Positions 1-8,486 of a DNA stretch of 64,000 nucleotides are shown piece after piece. The translations under genes and the position numbers were made by a program. The notes below the pieces were generated by a model. That model worked only from the letters and a program-made list of their open reading frames with translations, had not been told where the DNA came from and did no database searches. The DNA comes from an uncultured Eubacteriales bacterium. Lineage in GTDB: Bacteria; Bacillota; Clostridia; Oscillospirales; Acutalibacteraceae. Numbering within the stretch: position 1 is the stretch's first letter; the number at the start of each line of letters is the position of its first letter. The stretch spans positions 16,992 to 80,991 of the forward strand of contig CAZZHP010000001.1 in the NCBI GenBank assembly GCA_964653925.1, read 5' to 3'.

Positions 1-324
1 TTTACATTTAAATTTGGAACATTGAATTGGTGTGATGCACCATATTCACCGCATTTAAGTCAAACAACCGATTTTACTGTTGTATGTAATGACATTTACA
101 AAGAGATAAATATTGTCTTGATAGACTCGACTGATGGTAAAGTTAAATATTGTTCTACATCAAAATTTACTAATGATTTTTTAAATTATTTATTAGAAAC
201 ATCACTTGGGTTAATGAAAAGACCATTTTCCAAGATGCAGTATGATGAGCTTTTGTCAACTGTAATAAATATGTATTCTGCTAAGCAAATTTCTCAAATT
301 GCTGTTAAAAGATGTATATTATAA
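1..324 (+). CDS. hypothetical protein, C-terminal fragment entering from the left edge
   Basis: Frame 1 is open from nt 1 (FTFKFGTLNWCDAPYSPH...) to TAA 322-324, so the TTG at 22 in the ORF track is probably internal. No motif recognised. Confidence 0.4.
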   Translation, partial: FTFKFGTLNWCDAPYSPHLSQTTDFTVVCNDIYKEINIVLIDSTDGKVKYCSTSKFTNDFLNYLLETSLGLMKRPFSKMQYDELLSTVINMYSAKQISQIAVKRCIL

Positions 325-578
325 ATAGTTGTTATATTTATGAATAGCTATAAATAAAAGAAGGTCAAGGATATGTCATACTTTAATATTGTTGCCCAAA
401 TAAGCGAAAACATTTTTATAACTGAATACGAGCCTGTTTTTAAAAACATCTTCCTATTTTATTTTACAACGAACTACCATAAAAATATTTTAAATATTTT
501 TAAAATGTGCTTTACTTTTTAATGAAAATATATTAAAATTATGTTGAAGGTATTTTGTTAAAAATTTGGGAGGGCATT

Positions 579-2279
579 ATGAGATTTTCGGAAGATATAG
601 AATCACAAATTGATATTTCAACATATAAAAATTCAAATAATTCAGCAACACACAAGCCGATATGGTACAGGGATAAAAAAGTTTTGAAATTATCCGGTAC
701 ATTACTTGGAGTTATAATCTTGATTACAGTTCTGTTTATTGTGCTTAAACCTTTTGACAATACTACAAATAATACGAACCCTACTATAAACGGGAATTTT
801 GAGGGGGAAAATTTATCTCTTGATAATATCCCTGCCGATTTTGTATTAGCCAACAATATTATAGTAAATGATGTTGATATCGGCGGTAACACCCTTGCAC
901 AATCTAAGGCTATTTTAAAAAAATTAGAGGGTAGCCTTACTCAGTATTTTTGTTATACCGTAAAAGTTGCCGATAAGTCAGTCTATTTAAAAAGTAATGA
1001 TATAAAAAGGAACTCTAATACAGAACAAATTTTGTTAGAGGCAGTTAATCATACAGTATCACTTGGTGATAAAGCCTATTCAAACAAAAGCAAAACTTTG
1101 ACATTACAGTTAACGAATTCAGTTGATAGTAATACACTTAAAAGTTATATAACATCTACTGTAGAAAAACTTAATCAATCACCACAAGAGGCGAGCATTT
1201 TAGCATTTCACCCTTGGGAAGAAGTTAAGTTTGATTATGTTCAATCGGTCGATGGTATTAGCGTTGATACATCACAAGTTGTAACTGAATTTTTTAAACT
1301 TTACAATGCAAAAGTAAGCACAGGTAACATTACAGCCAAAGCTACTATAACAAAACCTAAGGTTACAACAGAATTCCTGAAACAAAATATCGTACCGCTT
1401 TCAAGTGCGTGGACATATTCCAGCAATACCGAAGCTGGCTGTGCTAATATGAAAGTTGCTCTTGAACGCTCTAACGGTGTTGTAATTCAGCCACACGAAG
1501 TATATTCGTTCAGCGGTTATGCAGGTAATACAAATCTCGAATCAGAGGGCTACAAGGCGGCAACCGTTATTAGTGGCGGTAGATATAGACAGGAGATTGG
1601 CGGTGGCGTTTGCCAAGCGGCTACCACAATATATAATGCGGCTGTATATGCTAATCTCGGTATAGTAGAGAGGGAGGGCCATTATTGGTGCTCTACTTAC
1701 ACATCATCAGGTTTTGACGCAACTATTAGTTACGGTAATATTGACCTCAAATTAAGGAACAATACAGATTACCCGATATTCTTAGAGACAAAGATGGTCG
1801 ATAGAAAGTTGACCTGTAACATATATGGTTATCAGGATAGTTACTATGATGATATCGCTACATATTCATATAATTTTGATTATTATAGCAACAAAGAGTA
1901 TTCTACAAGAGCATATAGGGTTTATCTTAAAAATGGGGTAGAGATAGAGCGTGAATATTTAGATACCACTACATACAGTTTAACAGAGGACCATTATGTT
2001 GTTTCTGCCGACACAGGCACAATAGGTGCAAAACCGAACACAAACAAACGCTCTGTATATATTGCTAAAAGTGAATTTGATAGGCCACTCGTTGACCTTA
2101 GTCCAGTCGAGCCACCAACAGAACCACCGACAGAGGCTCCGACTGAGATACCAACAGAAAATATAACGGAGGGACCTACACAAACCGAGCCACCTACACA
2201 AGGTCCTACTCAACCGACAGAAGATAATACACAGCCATCACAAGTTACTTCTGACCCACCAGAAAATTTAACTCAATAA
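579..2279 (+). CDS. VanW family protein with N-terminal membrane anchor and Pro/Thr-rich C-terminal tail
   Basis: VanW-type signature GGGVCQAATTIYNAAVYANLGIVER. Single TM helix LLGVIILITVLFIVL. ATG 579 follows GGGAGGG (568-574), whereas the ORF-track TTG 555 has no SD. Confidence 0.8.
   Translation: MRFSEDIESQIDISTYKNSNNSATHKPIWYRDKKVLKLSGTLLGVIILITVLFIVLKPFDNTTNNTNPTINGNFEGENLSLDNIPADFVLANNIIVNDVDIGGNTLAQSKAILKKLEGSLTQYFCYTVKVADKSVYLKSNDIKRNSNTEQILLEAVNHTVSLGDKAYSNKSKTLTLQLTNSVDSNTLKSYITSTVEKLNQSPQEASILAFHPWEEVKFDYVQSVDGISVDTSQVVTEFFKLYNAKVSTGNITAKATITKPKVTTEFLKQNIVPLSSAWTYSSNTEAGCANMKVALERSNGVVIQPHEVYSFSGYAGNTNLESEGYKAATVISGGRYRQEIGGGVCQAATTIYNAAVYANLGIVEREGHYWCSTYTSSGFDATISYGNIDLKLRNNTDYPIFLETKMVDRKLTCNIYGYQDSYYDDIATYSYNFDYYSNKEYSTRAYRVYLKNGVEIEREYLDTTTYSLTEDHYVVSADTGTIGAKPNTNKRSVYIAKSEFDRPLVDLSPVEPPTEPPTEAPTEIPTENITEGPTQTEPPTQGPTQPTEDNTQPSQVTSDPPENLTQ
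2103..2222 (+). repeat. in-frame 12-nt periodic repeat encoding about 9 xPTE/xPTQ tetrapeptides (surface linker)
   Basis: Translation reads PVE PPTE PPTE APTE IPTE NITE GPTQ TEPPTQ GPTQ PTE. The DNA shows recurring cca-aca-gaa / ccg-aca-gag units. Confidence 0.6.
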
Positions 2280-2287
2280 AATATAAA

Positions 2288-2316
2288 AAAGCGAGGTTTA
2301 TCAAAAATCTCGCTTT
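2288..2316. terminator. bidirectional intrinsic terminator between convergent VanW and HAD genes
   Basis: AAAGCGAGGTTT-ATCAA-AAATCTCGCTTT gives a 12-bp stem with one G-U pair. It is flanked by an A-run on the left and T-rich sequence on the right. Confidence 0.65.
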
Positions 2317-2336
2317 AATTATATTTAAATAACTTA

Positions 2337-2900
2337 TTAAAATTTATCCCACTCAAGTAATTTATCTCCCTTAACTAAATATGCTCTTTTTGCAAGTTTA
2401 GCAAGGGGTGTGTCAGAGTAACTATCAGAGTAAAATTCATCAATTCTTTTATCTGGGAATACTTCGTAAAATCTTCTGACTTTTTCCTCACCATAACAAT
2501 TTATGCCATCGTACTTTCCGGTATATTTATCAACCCTTGATGCCATAGCGTATTTGATATTTAATCTTTTGCAAATAGGTTTAATTATAAATTCGGGTGA
2601 AGCAGATATAATTACATCATCATCTTTTTGTGTTTGCTTGTAGAAGTCTTTTATCTTGCAAATATTTTTATCCCAAAAAATCTCTACTTCTGTTTCAACA
2701 TCTATGTATTTTAAGAACTTATATAATTTTTCCTTAAGTTCTGTTTTTGTACCTTTTTTAAGTATATAAAAATTCACAAACGCAAAAAACATCTTAGGTG
2801 TTGTTACTATTATCTTGGGGTGTTTCTTTAAACAATATATAAAGAAGTCAGCCGTTGAATCGTTGCGATAAATAGTTTTATCAAAATCATAAACATTCAT
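2337..2900 (-). CDS. HAD-IB family hydrolase
   Basis: N-terminus MNVYDFDKTIY carries the HAD motif I (DxDxT). GGAG SD lies just upstream of ATG 2900. The 22-codon extension in the ORF track (to 2966) lacks an SD and is hydrophobic junk. Confidence 0.75.
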   Translation of the reverse strand: MNVYDFDKTIYRNDSTADFFIYCLKKHPKIIVTTPKMFFAFVNFYILKKGTKTELKEKLYKFLKYIDVETEVEIFWDKNICKIKDFYKQTQKDDDVIISASPEFIIKPICKRLNIKYAMASRVDKYTGKYDGINCYGEEKVRRFYEVFPDKRIDEFYSDSYSDTPLAKLAKRAYLVKGDKLLEWDKF

Positions 2901-3056
2901 AATGAACTCCAAATGTGTATTTTGTATCAATATACATATTATAATACAACAATTATAAATTTTCAATGAATATTAAAATATTCTATTGTATTTTTTTAAA
3001 TTTTGTAGTATTATATAATGTAGATATTAAACAAATAATTGAGGGGTGTATAGTGT

Positions 3057-3920
3057 TTGTTTGGTTATTTAAAAGTATACAAACCTGAACTGCTTGTAAA
3101 AGATGCCGATACCTACAAATCAGTCTATTGTACACTTTGCAAAACATTAGGCAAAGATTATTCACCGTTATCTCGATTGTTATTGAGTTATGACCATACA
3201 TTCTATGCTTTAATCAGCATAGCCTTGCAAAGCGAATGTCAAAATACATTTAGCAAAAAGAGATGTTGTTGTAACATATTTAAAACCTGCACTTATTGTT
3301 CAGATAACGAATTTATTCATAAATCAGCAGGTTTTACTATAATAACTGCTTATCATAAATTAAGCGATGATATACAGGACAGCAAATTGTTTAAATCTTT
3401 ATTTATAAGATTTTTTAGATTATTATTTAAGAGAAGTTATAAAAAAGCAAAAAATAAATATCCCGACATAGACTTGATTGTATCAAATGTAATACAGGAA
3501 CAAGCCAAAATTGAAAATGAAATATTGTGCGGGGATACTAATAATTTTTACGAAATTTTGGATAATTGTACATCTCCGAGTGCTAATATGTTATCTAAAT
3601 TATTACAGGATATTTCCAATGATGAATTTAATAAGAGGGCGTTGTCCGAACTTGGCTATCAACTTGGGACTTGGATATATCTTTTAGATGCTGTTGACGA
3701 CCTACAAAAAGATATTAAACATAATAATTTTAATTGTTTAAAGTATTTTGATAAATCTAAAAACTTAGATAATGAATGTAAGATATTTTTAAACTTAGCA
3801 TTATCAAAGGCTTTTTCGGCATTTAAACTTTTGGATACATACAGATTTAGGGGGATATTGGATAATTACTTTGTGTATGGACTTAAAACTGTACAGGATA
3901 ATATTCTTAACAAAAAATAG
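3057..3920 (+). CDS. Cys-rich DUF5685-like protein
   Basis: TTG start 10 nt after GAGGGG. The N-terminus MFGYLKVYKPELL...YCTLCK...LSYDHTFYALI matches my memory of DUF5685 openings. Cysteines at C25xxC28, C61, C70-72 and C78xxC81. Confidence 0.6.
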   Translation: MFGYLKVYKPELLVKDADTYKSVYCTLCKTLGKDYSPLSRLLLSYDHTFYALISIALQSECQNTFSKKRCCCNIFKTCTYCSDNEFIHKSAGFTIITAYHKLSDDIQDSKLFKSLFIRFFRLLFKRSYKKAKNKYPDIDLIVSNVIQEQAKIENEILCGDTNNFYEILDNCTSPSANMLSKLLQDISNDEFNKRALSELGYQLGTWIYLLDAVDDLQKDIKHNNFNCLKYFDKSKNLDNECKIFLNLALSKAFSAFKLLDTYRFRGILDNYFVYGLKTVQDNILNKK

Positions 3921-3933
3921 AAAGGGAACAAAA

Positions 3934-4527
3934 ATGAATAATCCTTATGAGGTATTGGAGATTTCGCCAAACGCAACTGATGACGAGGTAAAAACAGCAT
4001 ATCGTAAAATGGCAAAAAAATATCATCCGGATAATTATGCTGATAGTCCTCTTGCAGATTTGGCAGAACAAAAGATGAAGGAAGTCAACGAGGCTTATGA
4101 CGCTATTTTGGAACAACGCAAAAACGGCGGTAATAGTAATACAAATAACTATTATAATTCCAACGCTAATTCGAGTTTTGCAAATGTTAGAAGTTATATT
4201 AATATGGGTAGAATTGCCGAGGCTGACGCTATTTTGGAACAAACACCTATAAGTAATAGGAATGCTGAGTGGTATTTCCTGAAAGGAATAGTATTTAATA
4301 GACTTGGCAGGAACGCACAGGCTTATTCTTTCTTTCAAGAAGCAATCAAAATGGACCCATCAAATCGTGAGTATAATCAGGCCTATAATAATATGAATGT
4401 GTATTCAAATAACTATGGCGGATACAATACATCAGGTATGGGCAGGTCTAATTGCGATTGTTGGGATATATGTACTGCTATTTGGTGTGCAGATTGCCTA
4501 TGTGACTGTTTAGGTTCCGGTTGCTAA
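3934..4527 (+). CDS. J-domain (DnaJ-like) protein with TPR-like segment and poly-Cys C-terminal tail
   Basis: NPYEVLEISPNATDDEVKTAYRKMAKKYHPDN is a J domain with the HPD motif. ATG 3934 lies 6 nt after AAAGGGA. The tail is NCDCWDICTAIWCADCLCDCLGSGC. Confidence 0.85.
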   Translation: MNNPYEVLEISPNATDDEVKTAYRKMAKKYHPDNYADSPLADLAEQKMKEVNEAYDAILEQRKNGGNSNTNNYYNSNANSSFANVRSYINMGRIAEADAILEQTPISNRNAEWYFLKGIVFNRLGRNAQAYSFFQEAIKMDPSNREYNQAYNNMNVYSNNYGGYNTSGMGRSNCDCWDICTAIWCADCLCDCLGSGC

Positions 4528-4528
4528 T

Positions 4529-5083
4529 ATGAATAAAATGAACAATACTCAAAAATCTGTCAAAATAGCACTTTCCGGTGTAATATCCGCACTATCTTTT
4601 GTGATTATGCTGTTAACAGGCTTGGTGCCGTTTGGTACTTATGCGTTGCCTATGTTGGCTGGAATAATATTCGTAGCAGTTGTGATAGAACTCGGTTACA
4701 AATATGCGTTTACTGTCTATATAGTTGTCGCTGTTTTATCTGTGTTTTTTGCACCTGACAAAGAGGCTACCTTATGTTATGTAGTTATATTAGGATATTA
4801 TCCGATAATAAAGGGCTTAATTGAGGGGAAAATCAAATCAAGGATATTGCAGATTATAGTAAAGTTTGCAGTATTTAATGTTGCTATGGTGGCTTTCTAT
4901 TATGCAGGCAAATTTATACTTATGATTCCTGATGAAAGCTTTATAGTATTTGGTATATTTGTACCTTATATTTTCTTAATCGGAGCAAATATAATTTTTG
5001 TAATGTATGATTTTGCTATCAAAATTATAATTATCAAATATATAACGAGCATAAGAAATAAAATTTTTAAAAACAATCATTAA
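4529..5083 (+). CDS. small polytopic membrane protein (about 5 TM helices), family unassigned (ECF S-component-like topology)
   Basis: Starts 1 nt after the J-domain gene stop. Long hydrophobic runs (ALSGVISALSFVIMLLTGLV, LPMLAGIIFVAVVIE, FTVYIVVAVLSVFF and others). Confidence 0.6.
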   Translation: MNKMNNTQKSVKIALSGVISALSFVIMLLTGLVPFGTYALPMLAGIIFVAVVIELGYKYAFTVYIVVAVLSVFFAPDKEATLCYVVILGYYPIIKGLIEGKIKSRILQIIVKFAVFNVAMVAFYYAGKFILMIPDESFIVFGIFVPYIFLIGANIIFVMYDFAIKIIIIKYITSIRNKIFKNNH

Positions 5084-5107
5084 TTTATTTATAAAGGAGT
5101 TGATATT

Positions 5108-7612
5108 ATGAGATTTACAAACAGGATATTTGCAATAATATTGGTAATTTTGATGTGTTTTAACTCTTTTAGTTTGTCATTATCAGCAATCAATATATTT
5201 GATGATACAATGTGTGTAAATTCTGATGTCAACTTATATTCAGAGGCTAATACCTCATCGGATAAAATTTTGACCTTGACCCAAAATAGTGTGGTTACTT
5301 TACTTGAAAGTACTAACACAGATATGGCAAGGGTGCAGATTGGTAATAATATCGGCTATTGTCAGACTAAATATTTATTTTGCACTGAAAATTCCGATGT
5401 TACGATAATTGCCTATACAAGACCTGACCTGAATTTAAGGTCAGAGCCAAACACTACATCAAATGTAATTTTGTGTTTGAGTAAACAGTTATATTTGCAG
5501 GTTTTAGATAATTCAAATACATCTTGGGTAAAGGTTAAATATAATAATACAGTCGGCTATTTAAGCAAAGATTATGTAACGCTCTCTGTTTATACATCAA
5601 AAGATAGCATTGATAGAGATTTAATGCCGAATTTATTCAAAAATACTAATATAAATCCGGATAAAATATACTTAAATAACAACTCGGTTGCCCTTGATGG
5701 AGAGGTTACAAGCAAATTAATCGTTATGTCATCACAGGGACAAATTATAAATAATATGGTTAAATTTATATCATCTGACAACAGCATAGCGACAGTTTCG
5801 GCAACAGGCTTAATAAGTGCAAAATCAAACGGCAAGGCAACTATAACCGTTATGTTAAATAATGATAAGTCTGTTTTTGTGGAATGTGATGTTAATGTTA
5901 CAGGTATTATTGCTCCGACTGTTCCGCCAACAGAACCTACAACAATCAAAGACCCTGAACCAACAGATCCGACTACTTTGCCGACTATGCCTACCGAACC
6001 AACAGAGCCTATAATAGAGACAGAGGACTCTATTATACTCCAAAATATCATTACTGACTTATATGTTGGTAATAATTATGTTGTTAATTACAAATCAAAG
6101 CATAATGTTAATTGGTCAACATCTAACAGTGATATTGCGACTATAAATGATAACGGAACTATAACTGCCAAATCTGCCGGTGTTGCTACTATTACAGCAA
6201 ACAATGGATATCAAACAAAATCTTACGATATTACAGTAAAAGAAAATATATCTACCGTGAACATCTCAAACAAGACCCGCAGTATGTCTGTTGGTATGAC
6301 CTTGTTACTTACAAGTACAACAAATGGTGCAAAATTTGTAAGTTCTAATACAGATATAGCTCAAATAAACCAAATGACCGATGATTATGGCAAGGAGTTT
6401 GCATTTATAGTTGCCAAAGGTGAGGGAACTGTTAATATTACTGCGTCGAACGAAAGCGGTGCATCAAACTGTATTTTAACAATATCTAAGGCTGAACCGA
6501 TTAGATCAGCATATACTACCACAACGCCAACCTCACAGGGCTGTCAAGTCGATTTTGTTGCTGTTACTGACCAAACCCGCACTTCTGTTAAATTTGTATA
6601 TACTATAAATGGTGTTACAAGTACACTAAATGCTACGGGGAAAGTAGTCGATGGCAATACATTTGTGTGGAGTGCCAAGGAGACATTAAGCAATAGCGGT
6701 AGTTACAGTGTTGTTGCCTACTCTAAGACAGATACAACAGATTTTGCGACCTGTTCAAATGCTAAGTCGAGTTTTTATATAACATCGCAAAATGACCCAA
6801 CAGTTACATCTTGCACAAAACACTATATATCCAAAAATGGCCTAAATTTAATAGCAAATTTTGAGGGTTATAGGAAGAATGTAAAATTTGATAATATAAC
6901 AGGTTCTCATCCAACCGTAGCTTATGGCCGTGTCATTACCAGTGGCGAATGTTTCTATAATGGTTTAACTAAGAGTGAGGCTATGGCATATTTGCAATAT
7001 ACAGTAAATAATAATGGCTACGCTAATTCAGTAAATAATTTCTTAATTAATAGGAAAATTAAATTTAATCAATATCAATTTGATGCGTTAGTATCGTTTG
7101 TCTACAATCTTGGCAGTGGTATATTTGACGATGCTAATAAACTCAAAGCAGTTTTTGCTGATTCTTATGATAAAAGCGTTGAGATAGAGCAAACTAAAAC
7201 AGGATATATAAATTCCTCCTATGTAAATTTGCGTTCTGCTCCGTCTACATCGGACAGTGTAGTGTTGTTGACTTCCAAAAATACAAGGATAACTTTACTC
7301 GATACTAATTTATTTAATAACGATTGGTACTATATTGAGTTAAGTACGGGCGAAGTCGGATATATGCACTCTGATTATATAACGCTTGATTCAGAGGCAT
7401 CAAAAGAATTAGACTTTGCGTATATTAACAAAGAAAATTTCTTGAAAGCATTTTTACAGTACCACCATGCAGGGGGCTGTATAAGGGGTTTGCTTAATCG
7501 CAGGGTTGACGAAGTGGAACTTTTCTTGACAGGTGATTACTCTATTGATGGTTACAAAAACAAAAATAATTATCAATATACTTGTACAAGTAATTCAAGT
7601 TTTGGTTTATAA
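5108..7612 (+). CDS. secreted multidomain cell-wall hydrolase: SH3b repeats, Big_2 Ig-like repeats, GH24-type lysozyme domain, C-terminal SH3b
   Basis: Signal peptide MRFTNRIFAIILVILMCFNSFSLSLSA. SH3b-like LNLRSEPNTTSNVIL...WVKVKYNNTVGYLSKDYV. Big_2-like IATVSATGLISAKSNGKATITV and IATINDNGTITAKSAGVATITA. Lysozyme motifs GLNLIANFEGYR...TVAYG and QYQFDALVSFVYNLGSG. AAAGGAG SD. Confidence 0.8.
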   Translation: MRFTNRIFAIILVILMCFNSFSLSLSAINIFDDTMCVNSDVNLYSEANTSSDKILTLTQNSVVTLLESTNTDMARVQIGNNIGYCQTKYLFCTENSDVTIIAYTRPDLNLRSEPNTTSNVILCLSKQLYLQVLDNSNTSWVKVKYNNTVGYLSKDYVTLSVYTSKDSIDRDLMPNLFKNTNINPDKIYLNNNSVALDGEVTSKLIVMSSQGQIINNMVKFISSDNSIATVSATGLISAKSNGKATITVMLNNDKSVFVECDVNVTGIIAPTVPPTEPTTIKDPEPTDPTTLPTMPTEPTEPIIETEDSIILQNIITDLYVGNNYVVNYKSKHNVNWSTSNSDIATINDNGTITAKSAGVATITANNGYQTKSYDITVKENISTVNISNKTRSMSVGMTLLLTSTTNGAKFVSSNTDIAQINQMTDDYGKEFAFIVAKGEGTVNITASNESGASNCILTISKAEPIRSAYTTTTPTSQGCQVDFVAVTDQTRTSVKFVYTINGVTSTLNATGKVVDGNTFVWSAKETLSNSGSYSVVAYSKTDTTDFATCSNAKSSFYITSQNDPTVTSCTKHYISKNGLNLIANFEGYRKNVKFDNITGSHPTVAYGRVITSGECFYNGLTKSEAMAYLQYTVNNNGYANSVNNFLINRKIKFNQYQFDALVSFVYNLGSGIFDDANKLKAVFADSYDKSVEIEQTKTGYINSSYVNLRSAPSTSDSVVLLTSKNTRITLLDTNLFNNDWYYIELSTGEVGYMHSDYITLDSEASKELDFAYINKENFLKAFLQYHHAGGCIRGLLNRRVDEVELFLTGDYSIDGYKNKNNYQYTCTSNSSFGL

Positions 7613-7645
7613 TAAAGTATAAATATAAAAATAAAGGTGAATAAA

Positions 7646-8449
7646 ATGACAAAGAAAATTGGTTTTATAGGTGCAGGAAATATGGCGAACGCCATTATAC
7701 TCGGTATATTGTCAAATGGTGTTGTAGCACCTGCTGATATTTATGTTTATGATATTTGTGAGGAAAAATGCAATATCCTTGCCCAAAAAGGCATTACAAT
7801 ATGTTCAAGTATCAATGATGTTGTTATCAATTCACAGTATATTGTCCTTGCGGTTAAACCACAGAATTACGAGGAAGTCCTCCTCGGAGTTAAAGATAAT
7901 GTAGATAATACTAAGGTATTTGTATCAATTGCCGCCGGTATATCTATAAATTATGTTCAGACAAAACTTGGTTGTGATGTACCTGTTGTGAGGGTTATGC
8001 CTAATACACCGTTGCTCTTGGGTAAAGGTGCGACCGCTGTTTGCAGAAGCCAAAATATAAATGACTCTGATTTTGAGTTTGTTAGAGATATGTTTGCACT
8101 ATCGGGTATAGTTGAGGAATTAACAGAAGATTATATGAACACTGTTATCTCAGTAAACGGGTCAAGCCCTGCGTATATTTATTTATTTGCAAAGGCAATG
8201 GCTGACTATGCACAGGAGAACGGTATTGCCTTTGATAAGGCCCTTAATCTTATTTGTGCAACGCTCGAGGGAAGTGCCGCAATGCTTAGAGAGAGCGGTG
8301 ATACACCTGATACACTTATCCAGAAAGTATGCTCTAAGGGTGGTACGACAATAGAGGCGATAAATACCCTTAACGAATATTCATTCTATGATGATATCAA
8401 GAAGGCTATGGCTAATTGCACCAAAAGGGCAGAAGAATTAGGCAGATAA
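7646..8449 (+). CDS. proC: pyrroline-5-carboxylate reductase
   Basis: IGFIGAGNMANAI Rossmann motif, VRVMPNTP and SKGGTTIEAI. ATG 7646 is 8 nt after AAAGG. The GTG 7637 of the ORF track overlaps the SD. Confidence 0.9.
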   Translation: MTKKIGFIGAGNMANAIILGILSNGVVAPADIYVYDICEEKCNILAQKGITICSSINDVVINSQYIVLAVKPQNYEEVLLGVKDNVDNTKVFVSIAAGISINYVQTKLGCDVPVVRVMPNTPLLLGKGATAVCRSQNINDSDFEFVRDMFALSGIVEELTEDYMNTVISVNGSSPAYIYLFAKAMADYAQENGIAFDKALNLICATLEGSAAMLRESGDTPDTLIQKVCSKGGTTIEAINTLNEYSFYDDIKKAMANCTKRAEELGR

Positions 8450-8486
8450 AATATTTACATACTAAATTTTTTGGAGGGAACTTACC

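Noticed and set aside
373-522. A 49-codon ORF (MSYFNIVAQISENIFITEYEPVFKN...) with a weak AAGG upstream. Its first 20 or so residues vaguely recall N-termini of type I restriction R subunits (NFI...Y..P pattern), suggesting a gene relic.
   Set aside because: The resemblance rests on a short motif recalled from memory. The remainder is low-complexity F/Y/N sequence typical of AT-rich non-coding DNA. I cannot support it without a database search (tblastn/HMM of 325-578).
5108-7612. The GH24 lysozyme as a prophage endolysin remnant.
   Set aside because: It has its own signal peptide and multiple cell-surface domains. No holin, tail, capsid or integrase genes are adjacent. Kept as a host cell-wall hydrolase finding instead.
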